DNA from: Callorhinchus milii
Lineage: Eukaryota
NCBI RefSeq assembly: GCF_018977255.1
Contig: NW_024704747.1
Span: 19,158,001-19,222,000 of the forward strand
Reading direction: 5' to 3'
Length of the DNA: 64,000 nucleotides
Position 1 is the stretch's first letter. Each line of letters begins with the position of its first letter. The position numbers were made by a program, and so were the translations under genes. Shown piece after piece: positions 35,350 through 48,617 of this stretch. The notes under the pieces are model-generated. The model was not told where the DNA came from and searched no databases. It saw only the letters and a program-made list of their open reading frames with translations.

Positions 35350-38300
35350 CTGAAAACAGGGAAAAAATAATGACTCCTCTGATACTATTCAACAAGAGTA
35401 TTGAAATTGTAGTTTTACCACATTGACACTTCTCAAAATCATAACTACTTACTGTGTCGATGTAGCAGTCAACACTCTCTCCTGTTGACAGGTTGATAAG
35501 GGTTACTGCAGGGACGGAATCAGAGTGGATCCACACACCCCCGATTAAAACAAGCTCATCCCCAACAATATGGGCAGTGTGCGAGTATCTGAAAGAGTAA
35601 CCGTGAATGTTCCAGCTTTAATAAAAAAACGTTTGGCTTCCTGCTAAAATATGCTGTTTTGTTCTCCTCACAGCAGATTAATTAACAGGAAGGGATTTTT
35701 TTGATACAATCAGAGAGTTTACAGCAGTGAGGAGGCTATTCAGTCTATCATATCTATGTTGCTTGTTCCCCAACAAGTTCTATCTACACTAATCCCATTC
35801 CCCTGCATCTTTTGATTTTATTTTTCCACTCAAGTATGTTTCCCCAATTCTCTCTTAAATGCTATGATGGTTTTAATTTGATGGAATATCACCATTTGGA
35901 AGTGAACAGTGGAAACTTTTCCAAATTAAATACAAATGTGAAAAATAGCAGCATCAGACAAGATTTGAATAGAAAATTTAAGAAACAGCAAAGCTCAGAT
36001 CTGTATTATCTTTGCCTACAGATTACAAAGTTTATACCAATGCAGATCCTTAATTTTCAAAGGTAAATATTTAAAGTCAGGAGCTGCCGAATTAACCCCA
36101 GGATGTATCACAATTCATGTACAACAACAACAACATGTGTTTACACAAGATGACATCTCAGCATTTCACAAAGGCACATTTTTATCAGGGAAATTAAGAA
36201 TGTTACATGGCATGCGTTGGATTTTACTTTCGTTACTTTAAATCCCTTACCCATTGCTGGCCTAATGAGGAAAGTATTAAAATGTGGGTGACTGGGGTAG
36301 CCCAGTAGGTTATTGCAGTGGCTCTCTATTTGAATCTCTCTCACAACTGATAAGTGCAAGTCTCACGTTGACAATTTTGGTGGCACTGCTTACCTTGGAA
36401 CAATGGAAGAAGTGGTTTCTATTTTTTCCCAAATAAATCCGGACAAAGTTGGTCGAAGGAAGAACACAGATTGTAGAGGGATCAGGCCTGTTCCCAATCC
36501 TCCAGCAATTAGCACTCCGGTATTCCACGTACAGGCACTGTGGGAATGTCGGCCTTCTGGGATGGGTCCATCAATTGGAATCTGACAAGAAAACATTAGC
36601 TGGATGGTTAGATGGCTATTTCTTGTAGTTCTCCTATGAGAAAGGGCTAAATTCTACACATGGTCCATTCCCAGTTTGTTTCTGGCTTGTCTAAAACAGA
36701 ATGTCCTTGATTCTTATAATATTTTTTGCCTTGAAAGGGAGGTGAGACCAGGTATGATTGAGGTATATAAAGTATGTAAGCATTTCACACCAATATAATT
36801 TTTAAATCAGCAAATGGGATTTACTCCAGTGAACCAAAGAAAGTTTCACAGATCAGTGATTTCACTTACATCGGTCCAGCTGTAATCCTCCAGGTTAAGG
36901 AAACAGCAATCACCCAGAACCAGCTCAGTGGGAGAACGGCCACCATAAACAAACAGATACCGCTGACCTTAAAAACATAAGATTAAAGGTACTGTTGACA
37001 ACAGGAAAAATTAGTATAGCAACTCTAGACTCTGAATGGAGCTTAAGGAGGTATTTTCTATTAAATCCACTGATGATTGGTACAAATACAGCCCTTAGGC
37101 CACAAGCCTTATTGACCAGAACAACAACAAACAACAAAATTACATTTGTGTAGCGCCTTTCATGTCAGGAGGACGTCCCAGGGCACTGGACAATCAGTGT
37201 TTCGGACCCGAGCCGAGGGTCAGGATTGGGGAGAGTGGACGGCATGGAGGGGAAGGAGGGTGACCAAAGGCATGGTCGAAGAGGAAGGCCTTGAGACGGG
37301 TTGTGAAGGAGCTAAGGGGGTGGGCGAGGCAGAAGGACTGTGGAATGGAATTCCAGAGGGTGGGGGCAGAGCGGCTGAAGGCTCGCCCACCAATGGTGGG
37401 GCGAGCGAGGCAGGGGTCGTGAAGCTGGCCAGACCCCGCTGAGCAGAAACAGTGGGCAGGTTGGTAGGGGTTAGGAGGTTGCAGAGGTAGGAGGGAGCAA
37501 GGCCATGGAGGCATGGTAAGGACGAGGATCTTGAAGGCAAGGACGAGGATCTTGATGGGAAGTGTGATGGGAAGTCAGTGGAGTTGGGTGAGGAAGGGGG
37601 TGATAGAAGTCTGTGTCCCAAACTGTGTCTGTAATCCCAGCCAGATGAGCGAATCAAAGGATCACAGAACTGATGGAAGCTCCATTCGGCCCATGCTGAT
37701 ACCTGTTTCCTACTGGCGCCTGGTATTGTAATTCCAATTCCCTCCCCTCTCCTGTATTCTTTTAGTGAAATCGGTCACTCACTCCATGACTGTTTGTGCG
37801 CCATTACGCAAATTAGTTGCTGAGTTTCACCCATCTAATAGTTACACCACTTCGCAGTATATCCTGTGAAGTGCTTTCAGACATCTTGATGACGTGAGAA
37901 GGTGCTGTTTCAAAAGGATTATTACATTATTATAATTGTTCCTGTTCAATATTTATCCAGTTTCCCTTTAAAAATTATTATGGTCTTAGGAACACGTGAA
38001 TTATTTTCCCAATAAATACACTCTAAACATTACAGGCCAACATAATCACCGAGTCCAAGGACACACTGTACTCTTACATCGATCAGTTGCACCTGAGAAA
38101 CAAAACATGTTCTTGCGCTCCTGCATATCAGAAAGTGTCGAGTAACGGTCTCTTTGGTGGTCCTTTAAAATACATTATTAATCTTGCACACACTCATTGA
38201 TCATTGTGCAGCTGTACTTGACATGAAGTTACAGAATCAGTACATTTGTCCTTTTCCTGAGTAAAATAACTTTCCAGGTGTAATTTTTTTTTACTTAATT

Positions 38301-41300
38301 GCACTTCTTGAAATCTAGATGAGAAGGCAGAGGATGATGGAAACAGGTTATTTATTGATGAGGTTCAGCAGTTTTATGGCTACCTTTGTAAGTGATTTCT
38401 GTTGCCGTGTGTCTCCATCGTGGGGAAGCTCCAGAACCAAAGCATTGAACCTCCTCTACGGACAGGCTGCTGCTGGAGGTGGCATCGTTTGCTACCTTAC
38501 ATTTCAAGCAAAGCACGCTGGTGGCTGGCTTTAGAGGAGACCCTCGGCCACCAAAGATTAAGCAGCGTCCGTCAGAAAGGGCAGTCGTACTGTGATACAT
38601 CCGCTCCGCTGAAACATTAAAACAAAACAGTTCAAGCATCTTACAGAAAGCAGTTCACAAGATTATCAGAACACATTTATTGTGAGAATCAGAAAGTCAG
38701 AAGTGAACTGGAGTTCAAATTATGTGATCCCGGCCCGGATTTGAAATTGAGGCTTGCCAAGTACTTCTGTTGACTGTATTCCAATCTTACTGTTGTTGTT
38801 GTTTTACATCTTAGAAAGCAGCTGAACTGATGACTGCTCCAGACTGGTTCACGGTCTTGACTGCTCTGTCTGTTAGCAAAGCTGCGAGGGGTTCAGTAGC
38901 TCCCATTGGAAAGAATAGGGAATTCAAAACGCGCCCACACACACAAACTGGAAATGTTGCAATAAAGCCACTCTATCTTATTAAACAAACAAGGTTGTGC
39001 ACTGTCCAAAAGAGCATGCTCCCTAACTGCATTGTCAACGTTACTTCCCAACGTTACTGCATCCCATTAGTACTGGGACCTGGAGCCTCCACACATCACC
39101 AGACAGTCAGGAGTTTTGGAGCATTTCACAAAAATTACCGTTCTCTAAGAAAACTTGTATGCATTAACTGAAATTAATTTCGCAAGTACATTTCTAAGGA
39201 GATGAAATTAGTACCTTCTAAAAAAAAACATACTTAATAAAGTGGCTGATCTCTCATCTCGGGGAGAAATGCATTTCCAAACTGATGCACTTTTCACCAT
39301 CAACTCAACATCTCTGAGGCGTCCATGCTGACCATCTCTCTCCCCAAATCCTCCGCTGGTAACAACTATGTGAGGAGCGATAAGTGCAGAACTGTGGGCA
39401 AACCTCTTCAGTGTTGGGCTCTTTGCATCAATCTCGCACAGAGATACCGACACCAAAAGATGGTCAGGAGCTTTCAATTTCCCCATACAGAACTCTGTAG
39501 AGAAAGCAGAGTTTTACTTAATAATAATCCTTCCTTCAATTTGATATAGCACCTTATCACATTCTCAAGCCGACTCAAAGCGTTTCACAGGATTTTTACT
39601 GTGAAGTGTAGCAACGTTCTATTCTGTCATCAATCAACGCAGCTAATTTGCACATAGCAATGTCCCACAAACAGATATAAAGTGAATAACCAATTTTATC
39701 TGGGGCAATTTTGGTCAGGACACCAGGAAAAACTTCCTTCTCTTTGAGTAATACCATAGGATTAATGATACTTGAATAGGCAGATGATATCTCAATATTT
39801 CTTATTCGAAAGACCACACTTACAATAATGCAGCACTCCCCCAGCAAAGCATTGGAGTGTCAGCCAAGGCCATGAGTTCAAAGTGCAGACATTCAATTCA
39901 AATTCAAAGTCTGAACCTTCTGACTTCTTGGAAAAAGGCAGAGTTTATCCAACTAAATTCCACAAGGATTTTCAAATAAAAATCACACCAAAGATTGTTG
40001 CAGAATTAATGTTTTGCCCATTGGCTAGCATCAATGAAAGCCTTCTTTCTCTTCACAAGTAAACTTCTGACGAGATGGATTCAGCACATTCTATAACAAA
40101 GTTAGCTCAACAAGTAACGTACAATCCTGCATATCAGAATATATGTGGTGTAACTTGCAGACATGCAGCTTGGAAGTGAAAAGACTGCATTTTTTGTGCC
40201 ACATTTATATTCTCTGTTCATTTATATTTCCACATCCAGATCTTTAATAAATCTAAGTGTGATTATCTGAAAGAATATTAAAGTGGCCAATCTCTAACAC
40301 CGATCGCAGTTTACTTTGCTGACCTTACCTATGGGAGGCGGTGGGAGCAACAGACACTGTTTCAGATCTCCTTTTGATGCACTGACGATTAAATAGTGAG
40401 AGCACTTCAGATGCCATTCCTTAATATAAAAAATATATATACTGTATATACAATGAATGGTGGGGGGGGTAAGTTAACATTTGTTGAACATTGAAGCTGA
40501 AGCACTATCTGAATTGATATCATACAATAAGAACACAATTGCTGAATTTTTCCCCTGGACCCAAATGCATGCACTCTCTTGGCTCTTCTCCCAACAACAG
40601 CTTGAATGAAGGTAAAATGACTCCACACATTCACACATCACTTAACAGGTTTTGGGACCAAAAGTTCACTTGGAGACAGACAGATACTTGGGAAATAAAA
40701 GAATTAAAGGATATGGAGAATGGGGATTTAAAGTCCTGACATGATCAAACAAAGTGGCAGAACGGATTTGACAGGTTAAGTGGTCTCATGCCTAAATGGC
40801 CAATATTGCCTAAATGACACTCCTTACCTCACTCCTAATACAAAAACTGCATGGATGAATGTTTCACAAAGTGTAGTAATTGAAGCACAGTTCAACAAAA
40901 AAAACAATACTTCAGATAATGTGAAATATCAGCTTCCATTACACAAACCGTTGATGCTGTATTCAGCATTGAGTACTCTGCCCAGACCCATCAATAAATC
41001 CAATTCTGCCTACTTTACCACATTAAGTAATATAGTAACTGATCTGAAGCTTGTGCTGATTAAAAATGGTACAGTTAGACACTTGACAACAGGGTGGATT
41101 CATGTTTATCTGCTTGATTTCCAAAAGAAAAATATTTTCTTGCTTTTGAGCTTACATGTCTTACTAGGTTTCTACATTTCTATCATAGTTCAAAACATTG
41201 ACAAAAATATCAAATAAAATGTTACACTATAATTATAAGCGCAAGATTATAACCAGTGGAGTAAAAGGAGAGGTCCACAAGGATGTCTTCTCCCAGAGGG

Positions 41301-44300
41301 TTAAAAAAAAGTATGGAATGATTTGCCAGGGTTGACTGTTACAGCAGAGAAAATTGGGGGCATTTGTAAAGAAATTGGATTAGTACACGGATATAGAAGG
41401 ATATTAAAGGCTACGGGGAAAGATCAGCGAATTGGGATTAGGATGGATGGTTTCTTGGAGGAACAAGCCCTGACTAAAATAATGGACCAAATGGCCTCCC
41501 TCCTGTGTCGTACTTTTCTATGGTTCTTGTTTACAAGAACATTTGTATTTGTTATTTACATTTGTTTTGCGCCTATCACGTCAGGAGGATGCTGCAAGGC
41601 GCTGTAAACTCTTTGTGAACTGCAGCAGTACATCCGAGTTAACCCAAGAACAAACTATTCACAGTAAAGGTTTACTCCAAGAAGCAATGAGAATTAAAGG
41701 TCCATTTCCTTCTTGGATGCGTTCCCAGGAAGTAAGGACCTTCATGGTTTTTACTTTTTAAAAACACACTCAATCTGTAATTTGGGGGGGGGATAAAAAA
41801 GCACCAAATAGCAGATTAATCATTTGATGTAGCAATATGGAGAGCAAGCAATTAAATAAATGGGTAATTTCATTCAGAAGTAAAAAAGGAAAATGATAAT
41901 ACTCTCATGAGAAAATGCCATGGGCTGCCACATTGGATTTATTCTAGGAACACGCATATTTTTGACCGAGTAGGAAAAGGGCAATGCTAACATTCTGCAC
42001 ATTTATCGAGTTCCACTTTAGAATATTTTCCACTAGATATTTTTATGAACTCGATTTTTCAGGATTTATGGGATAGTTATGAGATAGTTACATTATGGCA
42101 GTTACATTTTGACAGGATCTTTCAGTGTTGAATGTTTCAAAAATGGTTAACTAACAAGAAAAAGTTAATATGCACCTCATACTCATCAAAAGGTTCCAGC
42201 TTTTCAATTCTCTGTTTCTCCTCTTCTGGAATAAGTCCAACGTAAAACTCATTCATGTCAAGGCAAGTGCATTCTTCCCAGCCCTAACAACAACAACAAC
42301 ATGATTACATTTGTACAGTGCCTTTCACGTCGGGAGAACGTCCCAAGGCGCTGGACAGAGTACAGCATTTCAGAGACATTTAAAATAAAAATAATTCTGC
42401 CATTAGTTAGTTATGTGTATACCTTAGTTAGGTATACACATGTGTATACATTAGTTAGGTATGTGTATACCTGCACATATAATGTATTTTAAACCACCAT
42501 AACACTGCAAAAAACATATGATAGGTGTAGAAAAACAATACATTAGTATTAGCAATTCCAGCTTACAGACCATTGATAGGTGTATTTGGGTCTTCTCCAC
42601 CTTCCCCGACTCCCCCCCCCCCACCAAGAAAAACCCTAAAAGGAACGTCACGTGGCAAAACTTGCACATTTTGCCTGAAAAAGAATCCTTATCGTTTTTT
42701 TAAAACATTAGAAATTTAAATGTTTTGGTGGAAAACAATACAAAGAATCAATGTGGGCTGTCCTCAATGTTTATTTAGTTACTTTCATTGCTAAGTATTT
42801 TCTTAGATACTCTGCAAACTGTATTCAAAAACTTTGATAGAAATCTGGCTACATTTTCCCTGCCCACACAAGTCAATGAAGGAAGACACCCTCAACTATC
42901 AAGTTAGAACTCAAAGGTGATTCACAAGAACTCCAGGATGATTAAAATAAATACAATTGAATGTTAATAATGAATAGCAGGTCAATAAGGATCAGAGCGA
43001 TGTGGACGTAATCCCTTATCGAGGTGGGAGTGATGATCTCAGAAAGTCTGCACTGGGTTTTATCAAAATTAAATGCCAGCGCAAGACTGGGAGGCAGCCA
43101 GTGAGGGATAAGGAGACAGAACTGAAACTGCAAAGTCACAGGGACACCAAGATCATCTTTGCTGACATAATACAGCTGCTTGGCAGAGCAATCAACCACT
43201 CTGTGCTTACTCCTACCATACAGAGGCATTACTACAAACAGTGAAAGCTACCCAGAAAAAGGAGCACTGTCCATGCCTTAAAAGCAAGGTAGAGGAGAAC
43301 ATGGATGGCCATCAATATTTGGGGATGAGCTATCCTATGAGCAACAATTAGATACATTGGTGTGTTGGAAGAGGGCAAAACACTATTTGCCTCTCATGAA
43401 GGGAAGTATGAGTGGTGGGAATGGAACCATAATGAGGGTGACTATGCGTTGTATGGGAAGATTTGAACTCTCATCGCCGTGGATGTAAGCAGATTAAATG
43501 TAATCACCACTACCTTGAACTGACCTCACTTAAGAAGCGTTTCCGCTGAGTGTCCTTTCCTGGAAACGGAACAAGTGCGTGTAGTGTGGCGTTCAACTGT
43601 GTGAAGTGCTGCTGCATGACCTGCCCGAAGGGATCTTCTGGGCAGATCTGCTCATAGATTACAAACACTGCCGATGAAAATCGTTCCGCTGCCCAATGGA
43701 TTACTGCTGAGGAGCTGAAAACAATTCAACTCAGGTCAGAAAACCCGACCTCACGAATACTTCATTTGCTGTTGCAACGTTAGTCTAAAATACATCGTAA
43801 ACTCAACCGAAAGGAAGGAGAGCACTAACAAGCAAGATTTCCTTTCTCTTCACAGCGAGGCCTTTTAATTAGCGTGTAGCTCCTATGCTGTGGTTTGATG
43901 TAATATAGCAAACAAAATTATTCCTCTAAAAACCCTTGCATTTCGATATATAGCAATATAAAGAAAATAAACCCAAAACAGTACAATTCAGATGGTAAGG
44001 TCAAGATCTTCAAGGTTGTGAAGGACACATTTAGGAAGGAAACCAGGATGGATACAACCAATTACTGCTGTTGATTGCTCTCCGGGGGAAGACAAACAAA
44101 AGCTGTAATGGGTTACCAGGAAAGGTGAGCCCTGACTCAGTTAGGAAACAGCTTGATATAGCAGGAAGGTAGGCTTGATATTCATGGTTTCAATGAGCTG
44201 AAGGGCTTCAATTATCTGAACTTTTCTTGTTCTAAATCTCATCTGTTTTTTCTTTGAATCTACCAACAGGAACACTTTACAATGAACAGTCTCTCCCTAT

Positions 44301-47300
44301 CCCAGATAACCCGGTTTTATTTACTCATAGGGCAAATTTAAGACTAAATTTGAAGTGAGGGTTTCTTTGTCAGGAAGAATGCTGTAACTTCGAGGCAGCA
44401 CAGTAATAAAATGAAATCTCACATTTTAATCTTGCATTTTAATTACCTTTCAACTTGCATGTAAGTCAGTACAACTTCTGACAGCAGTAGCGTCGGGCAG
44501 CAAGGGTCCAGGCCGGCCTCCATCAGGGCATGATCCAACTTCATTACTTCAGTCAGGTCAACACCAAGTAACTTGTAATCCATGGCACTTAAACACACAG
44601 CATCTGCAGTGCATTAAGCACAAAGAATGATAAGAATGTAGGCTCTTTCAAACTTCACTTTAATTAAAAGAACCAGAATTTAAGTTCAAAAGTCAATGGT
44701 TGAACAGTCCAGTGTACACATCAGCCCTCACATTTATACGTTAAATAATGTGACATAATCAGATTTCACTGTACATGCCTTCATTCCTATATTTCTAATT
44801 TATATTTCCCTTCTCTTCTCTCTACTCCTCTCCAGAAGGCAATCACTCTTGTCGGGCTGGATTTCCGCTTGGATCCGCAGCCTTTGGCAACTTGCTGACA
44901 TGTACATTCTTCATGCGACAGCCAAGACTGAGCACGGCATTAACTGACTTACATAAAAAGTTTTAGCGCTCCAAGATGCTGCCCCGAGTGAAGAGCACTA
45001 TATAAATGCGAGTTATTGTTGTTGCTATCAGTCACATCACCCAACAACACATCTGCTTGTTCAGGTTTACGTTAAAAGATCCTATGACACTATTCAAAAA
45101 GAGAAGGGAGTTTCCCCTGGTTGCCTGATCAACCATCTTCCAGATAAAATTGGTAATTTACTTCATTGTTGTTGTGGGACAGTGCTGAAGCAAAATTGAT
45201 TACCGCATTAGCAAACAAAATACCCAATCATTGCACTCTACTGTAAATCCAGTGAAGCGATTTGAGACAGTTCAATAACATGATAAGATGCTTTGTCAAA
45301 TGCAACCATTATCATCATCACAAGCACCTCAACCTGGCCTCTACTTTGTGCATTTCCAACAGTGGTTATTGGATACAATCAGGAGGCAGAATCCTAGAAT
45401 TATAGATATTTATGGCACAGGAGGCCATTCAACCCATCCGAGTCTGCACAGGGTCTTAGTGCATGATTTTCATTCAATCACAGTACCCTATCTTAGCCCC
45501 ATACCCATTTAAACTTCTATCCTTCATATAGGTATCTACTTATAGGTATCCTTTGATATGGCTTTCGCCTCCCATTCCAGGTACATTAAAAATCATACTA
45601 TCCCATCTAAGCTAACCAAGCACACAGCAAAGCTCAAACCTCTCTGAGCCAGAGCACACTAGGCAGTGCATTTACCTACCGGTACTGATAACCCATCATA
45701 CCATTCTGTGCTGGTTTCAGCTCATCAATATAGCCGAGGAGCTGCACAAGTTCTTGGCTGTTTTTAATCAGCGCAGCTTTCCGCTGAACAACATCTGGAA
45801 AATCCACCTCATACATGACCACGTTTTCTAGCTCTCCGCTGGCCTTTAGTCGGAAATATGAGGAATCAAATCCAGCTCCAAGAGACAAGATCTGTAGCAA
45901 AGTGAACAAAAGCAGAATACTGCAACCTTGAGTCTAACCAATACTCATACTGCAGTCCTGTAACTCAGTGGTTAGAGTGGTTACTTGCCTAGCAAGCGAG
46001 AGACCTGGGTTTAATTCCCACAGGACAAAACAATGGGCAAGTTTCTTTACTCCACAACCCTCTGTTTACGTAACAGCAAATAGGAACCCAATTATTAGTC
46101 GACTGGCGGATCACTTTTCCGGGGGTAATAACTCCTTAAAAAAAAGTCACTCAATCCAGGACTGTTTATGGGACGCTGCTGTGTACAATTGGCTGCTGTG
46201 TTTCGTTGAGACGTCTCGAAGACTGATAAGGCGCTATATCAAACGCGAAGATTATTATTATTATTAATAACAAACCCCAGTGCACACATCCTATGTATTA
46301 ATATCTCTCCAACGTTTCTCCCAGTGTCCTGTAAGTCAGTTAATGACGTGCTCAGTCTTGGCAATCGCATGAAGAATGTACATGTCAGCAAGTTGCCAAA
46401 GACTGCGGATCCAAGCGGAAATCCAGTAAGATTGCAGATTTCTACAGGTTTTAAATGACTTAATTCCAAAGTGTGACACTTTTCATAAAGCAACAACACT
46501 TTATAGCAAAGGGGAAGGGGGTCATTCACCCAATAGCTGTTTACGGGATATTGCTATGTACAAATTGCCTGCTGCGTTTCACCTACAAAATACACAGTCC
46601 ACCAACTTTACATTATACCCTGTGAAGCACTGTGAGACACAGCGATAACATATTGATAAGCCGCTGTATCAAATGTAATGATTCTTATTATTATTATTTA
46701 TTCCCAGAACACATTATAAAGTTTAATCCTGATCTATGTACATTTCCACACAGTCCAGTTATGTGTAGCTATAACATCACAGAATACACATTACTCAGGG
46801 TGATTACGTTTCTGGAATCACAGCCGTTGAAAGTCAATTTAATTCCATTCTACCAGCTTGAAAATGGGCAGATAAAAATAAGACCATGTTCTATTACAGG
46901 CTGCCATTCTCTCTCACAATGAACAAGTGGCAAGATTACAGGTTTGGGCCTATGATTCTAGCCAGTATGATTTGACAGAGCTGGTAGGTGCATCTTCACA
47001 AGGAAACAAGCCACAGTATAATCTGCCTGGGGCTGTGTCTCATTCCTCCCGAGCCTAGCTACACATCCAGGTGAATTCCAGGGAGACTAGGTTGTCTGCC
47101 TTCCCCCCTCAGCCAAGGAGGTACGTGGTAGGGAGTGAATCCCAACACACTCACCTGTCTCCTGGAGTGGCTCACCGTCTTTTTCAAAAAGCAGCGCAGA
47201 ACATAATCCACAGCTTTCGCCCTCACATAGTAACCACTATCAAAGAAAAATATTCACGGTAAGATTGCAGATTTCTACAGGTTTTAAATGACTTCATTCC

Positions 47301-48579
47301 AAAGTGTGACACTTTTCATAAAGCAACAACACTTTATAGCAAAGGGGAAGGGGGTTAGCACTGCACAGTGGTGTAGTGATTAGGAACGAAAAACAACCCT
47401 GACTAATTTTCCATCTCTCTGGGTGGGGAATTAAGTCTAATTGTCGCACCCCAATGTCTGCCCGAGGTGAGGTCAGCTCATTTAGCAACAGGTTCGGGTT
47501 TGAAAGTGGAGAACTTCCAGGTTTGTATGGCTCATTCTCACTGAGTAGATGCTTTAGCAACGAAGCTGAGTGGGAAGAACTGAATCTTCCACCTCATAGA
47601 AATACGGTCTTCAAGCAAACACACAATGCAGTAATGTCTGTTGGATCAACACTCATTAACACATTGTTATTTGGAGAAAGACAGTGTACATCTCTTCTCC
47701 CACCCCAGCAGTGGAGGAAATTCTAGGTTAAGGTGCGATATGCATCAAAATGTACAATTGCTTCTCAAAACTCAAATAGCTACATACCGATTTATCAGTG
47801 GAGCCCTCCTGGTAGTTTTATTCACAAATCTTTTCAGGAAATCATCACTAAAGTAGCCCAAACTGGCCATTGAGCATTTACTGACAATACTGTTGTCATT
47901 TGTGCCCTGGACCTGCACAGGTAATAAAACAATATGAGCATTAAACAGGTCTCAGTTATAGCGCTATACAGTCTAAAGGCATTAAGTACACTTGGTGGTG
48001 GTAGGGGGGTGGTGGTAGGGGGGTGGTGGTGGGGGAGTGGTGGGGGGGGGGGGGGAGGGGGAGTTCAGCATAACCGGATACGAAACATTGTACAATGCAT
48101 TACTGTCACATGAACCGAATTTGTTATTGGGCTTTCCACGGTTTAACGTTGCCGAGTTTTGCCCTTCTCCGATCACCTCCAAATGCACAGTTACTACACT
48201 TCACAGCGGTATCCCGTGAAGCGCTTTCAGGGGACAACTCGACGATACGACACTACTACTACTACTACTACTACAACTGCTGCTGCTGATAGTAGTAATC
48301 TTTGCATTTGATGTCGGGCCTTAAGGCGTCTCCGAGGCGCTTCGCGGAAAAGTGCTGTAAGGTGTAGTGACTGTGTATTTTGTGGGTGAAAAATCTCAAT
48401 TCTCTTGACCCACTCATTATATATGAACATATACAGTATTTAGATATATATATATATATCCGTATATGTACATATACCCTCTCTCTCTCTCTCTGCACCA
48501 GTGAAGGTGAGGCCAGTCGGTCACTCACGGCTGTGTCCCTCCCGGTTTGGCCTTTGCTCCTGTTGCCTTTCTCCGCCAT
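35191..48579 (-). CDS. LCMT2: tRNA wybutosine-synthesizing protein 4 (LCMT2/TYW4), complete, 14 exons, 686 aa
   Basis: 14 GT-AG exons total 2061 nt in frame. LCM methyltransferase motifs ([53 protein letters not shown]) followed by Kelch repeats and C-terminal [11 protein letters not shown]. An alternative in-frame ATG lies at 48600. Confidence 0.96.
35453..35588 (-). CDS. LCMT2: LCMT2 exon 13
   Basis: [36 protein letters not shown]. Confidence 0.95.
36394..36581 (-). CDS. LCMT2: LCMT2 exon 12
   Basis: [23 protein letters not shown]. Confidence 0.95.
36870..36967 (-). CDS. LCMT2: LCMT2 exon 11
   Basis: [32 protein letters not shown]. Confidence 0.93.
37122..37645 (-). mobile_element. L2 LINE 3' fragment
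   Basis: [15 protein letters not shown] / [19 protein letters not shown] remnants and (TTG)n tail. Confidence 0.85.
38384..38608 (-). CDS. LCMT2: LCMT2 exon 10
   Basis: ERMYHST...IFGGRGSP...[13 protein letters not shown]. Confidence 0.93.
39234..39494 (-). CDS. LCMT2: LCMT2 exon 9
   Basis: LKRFAHSS...[14 protein letters not shown] (Kelch). Confidence 0.9.
39518..39960 (-). mobile_element. diverged Deu-domain SINE
   Basis: Tail, Deu core and degenerate head recognisable by similarity to other copies in the window. Confidence 0.7.
40329..40419 (-). CDS. LCMT2: LCMT2 exon 8
   Basis: [18 protein letters not shown]. Confidence 0.94.
41255..41530 (+). mobile_element. CR1 LINE 3' end
   Basis: TTCTCCCAGAGGGT...TGGAAT...; ATGGACCAAATGGCCTCC...TTTCTATGGTTCT tail. 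Confidence 0.75.
42176..42283 (-). CDS. LCMT2: LCMT2 exon 7
   Basis: [14 protein letters not shown]...LEPFDEYE. Confidence 0.95.
43525..43714 (-). CDS. LCMT2: LCMT2 exon 6
   Basis: VIHWAAERF...[18 protein letters not shown]...QRKRFL. Confidence 0.94.
44447..44603 (-). CDS. LCMT2: LCMT2 exon 5
   Basis: DYKLLGVDL...[13 protein letters not shown]. Confidence 0.94.
45702..45891 (-). CDS. LCMT2: LCMT2 exon 4
   Basis: [16 protein letters not shown]...[13 protein letters not shown]. Confidence 0.95.
45954..46265 (+). mobile_element. older copy of the tRNA-headed SINE
   Basis: GTCCTGTAACTCAGTGGTTAGAG...GCAAGCGAGAGACCTGGGTTTAATTCC...TTACTCCAC...(TTA)n. Confidence 0.8.
46330..46522. repeat. chimeric templated insertion: inverted copy of 44857-44953 fused to a direct copy of 47259-47355
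   Basis: Manual alignment: 4 mismatches in 97 nt and 1 mismatch in 97 nt; the two pieces share the G at 46426. Confidence 0.92.
47155..47236 (-). CDS. LCMT2: LCMT2 exon 3
   Basis: [27 protein letters not shown]. Confidence 0.92.
47788..47912 (-). CDS. LCMT2: LCMT2 exon 2
   Basis: [21 protein letters not shown]...RRAPLIN. Confidence 0.95.
48529..48579 (-). CDS. LCMT2: LCMT2 exon 1
   Basis: AAAATGGCG Kozak context; [17 protein letters not shown]; donor GTGAGT. Confidence 0.85.
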
Positions 48580-48617
48580 TTTCGCGTCCCTCCGGGTCAT
48601 GGCGGCGACCTGCACAT

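Noticed and set aside
42405-42472. 18-bp perfect palindrome GTATACACATGTGTATAC within short tandem repeats
   Set aside because: Explained by slippage of a low-complexity TTAG/GTAT repeat; no support for function.
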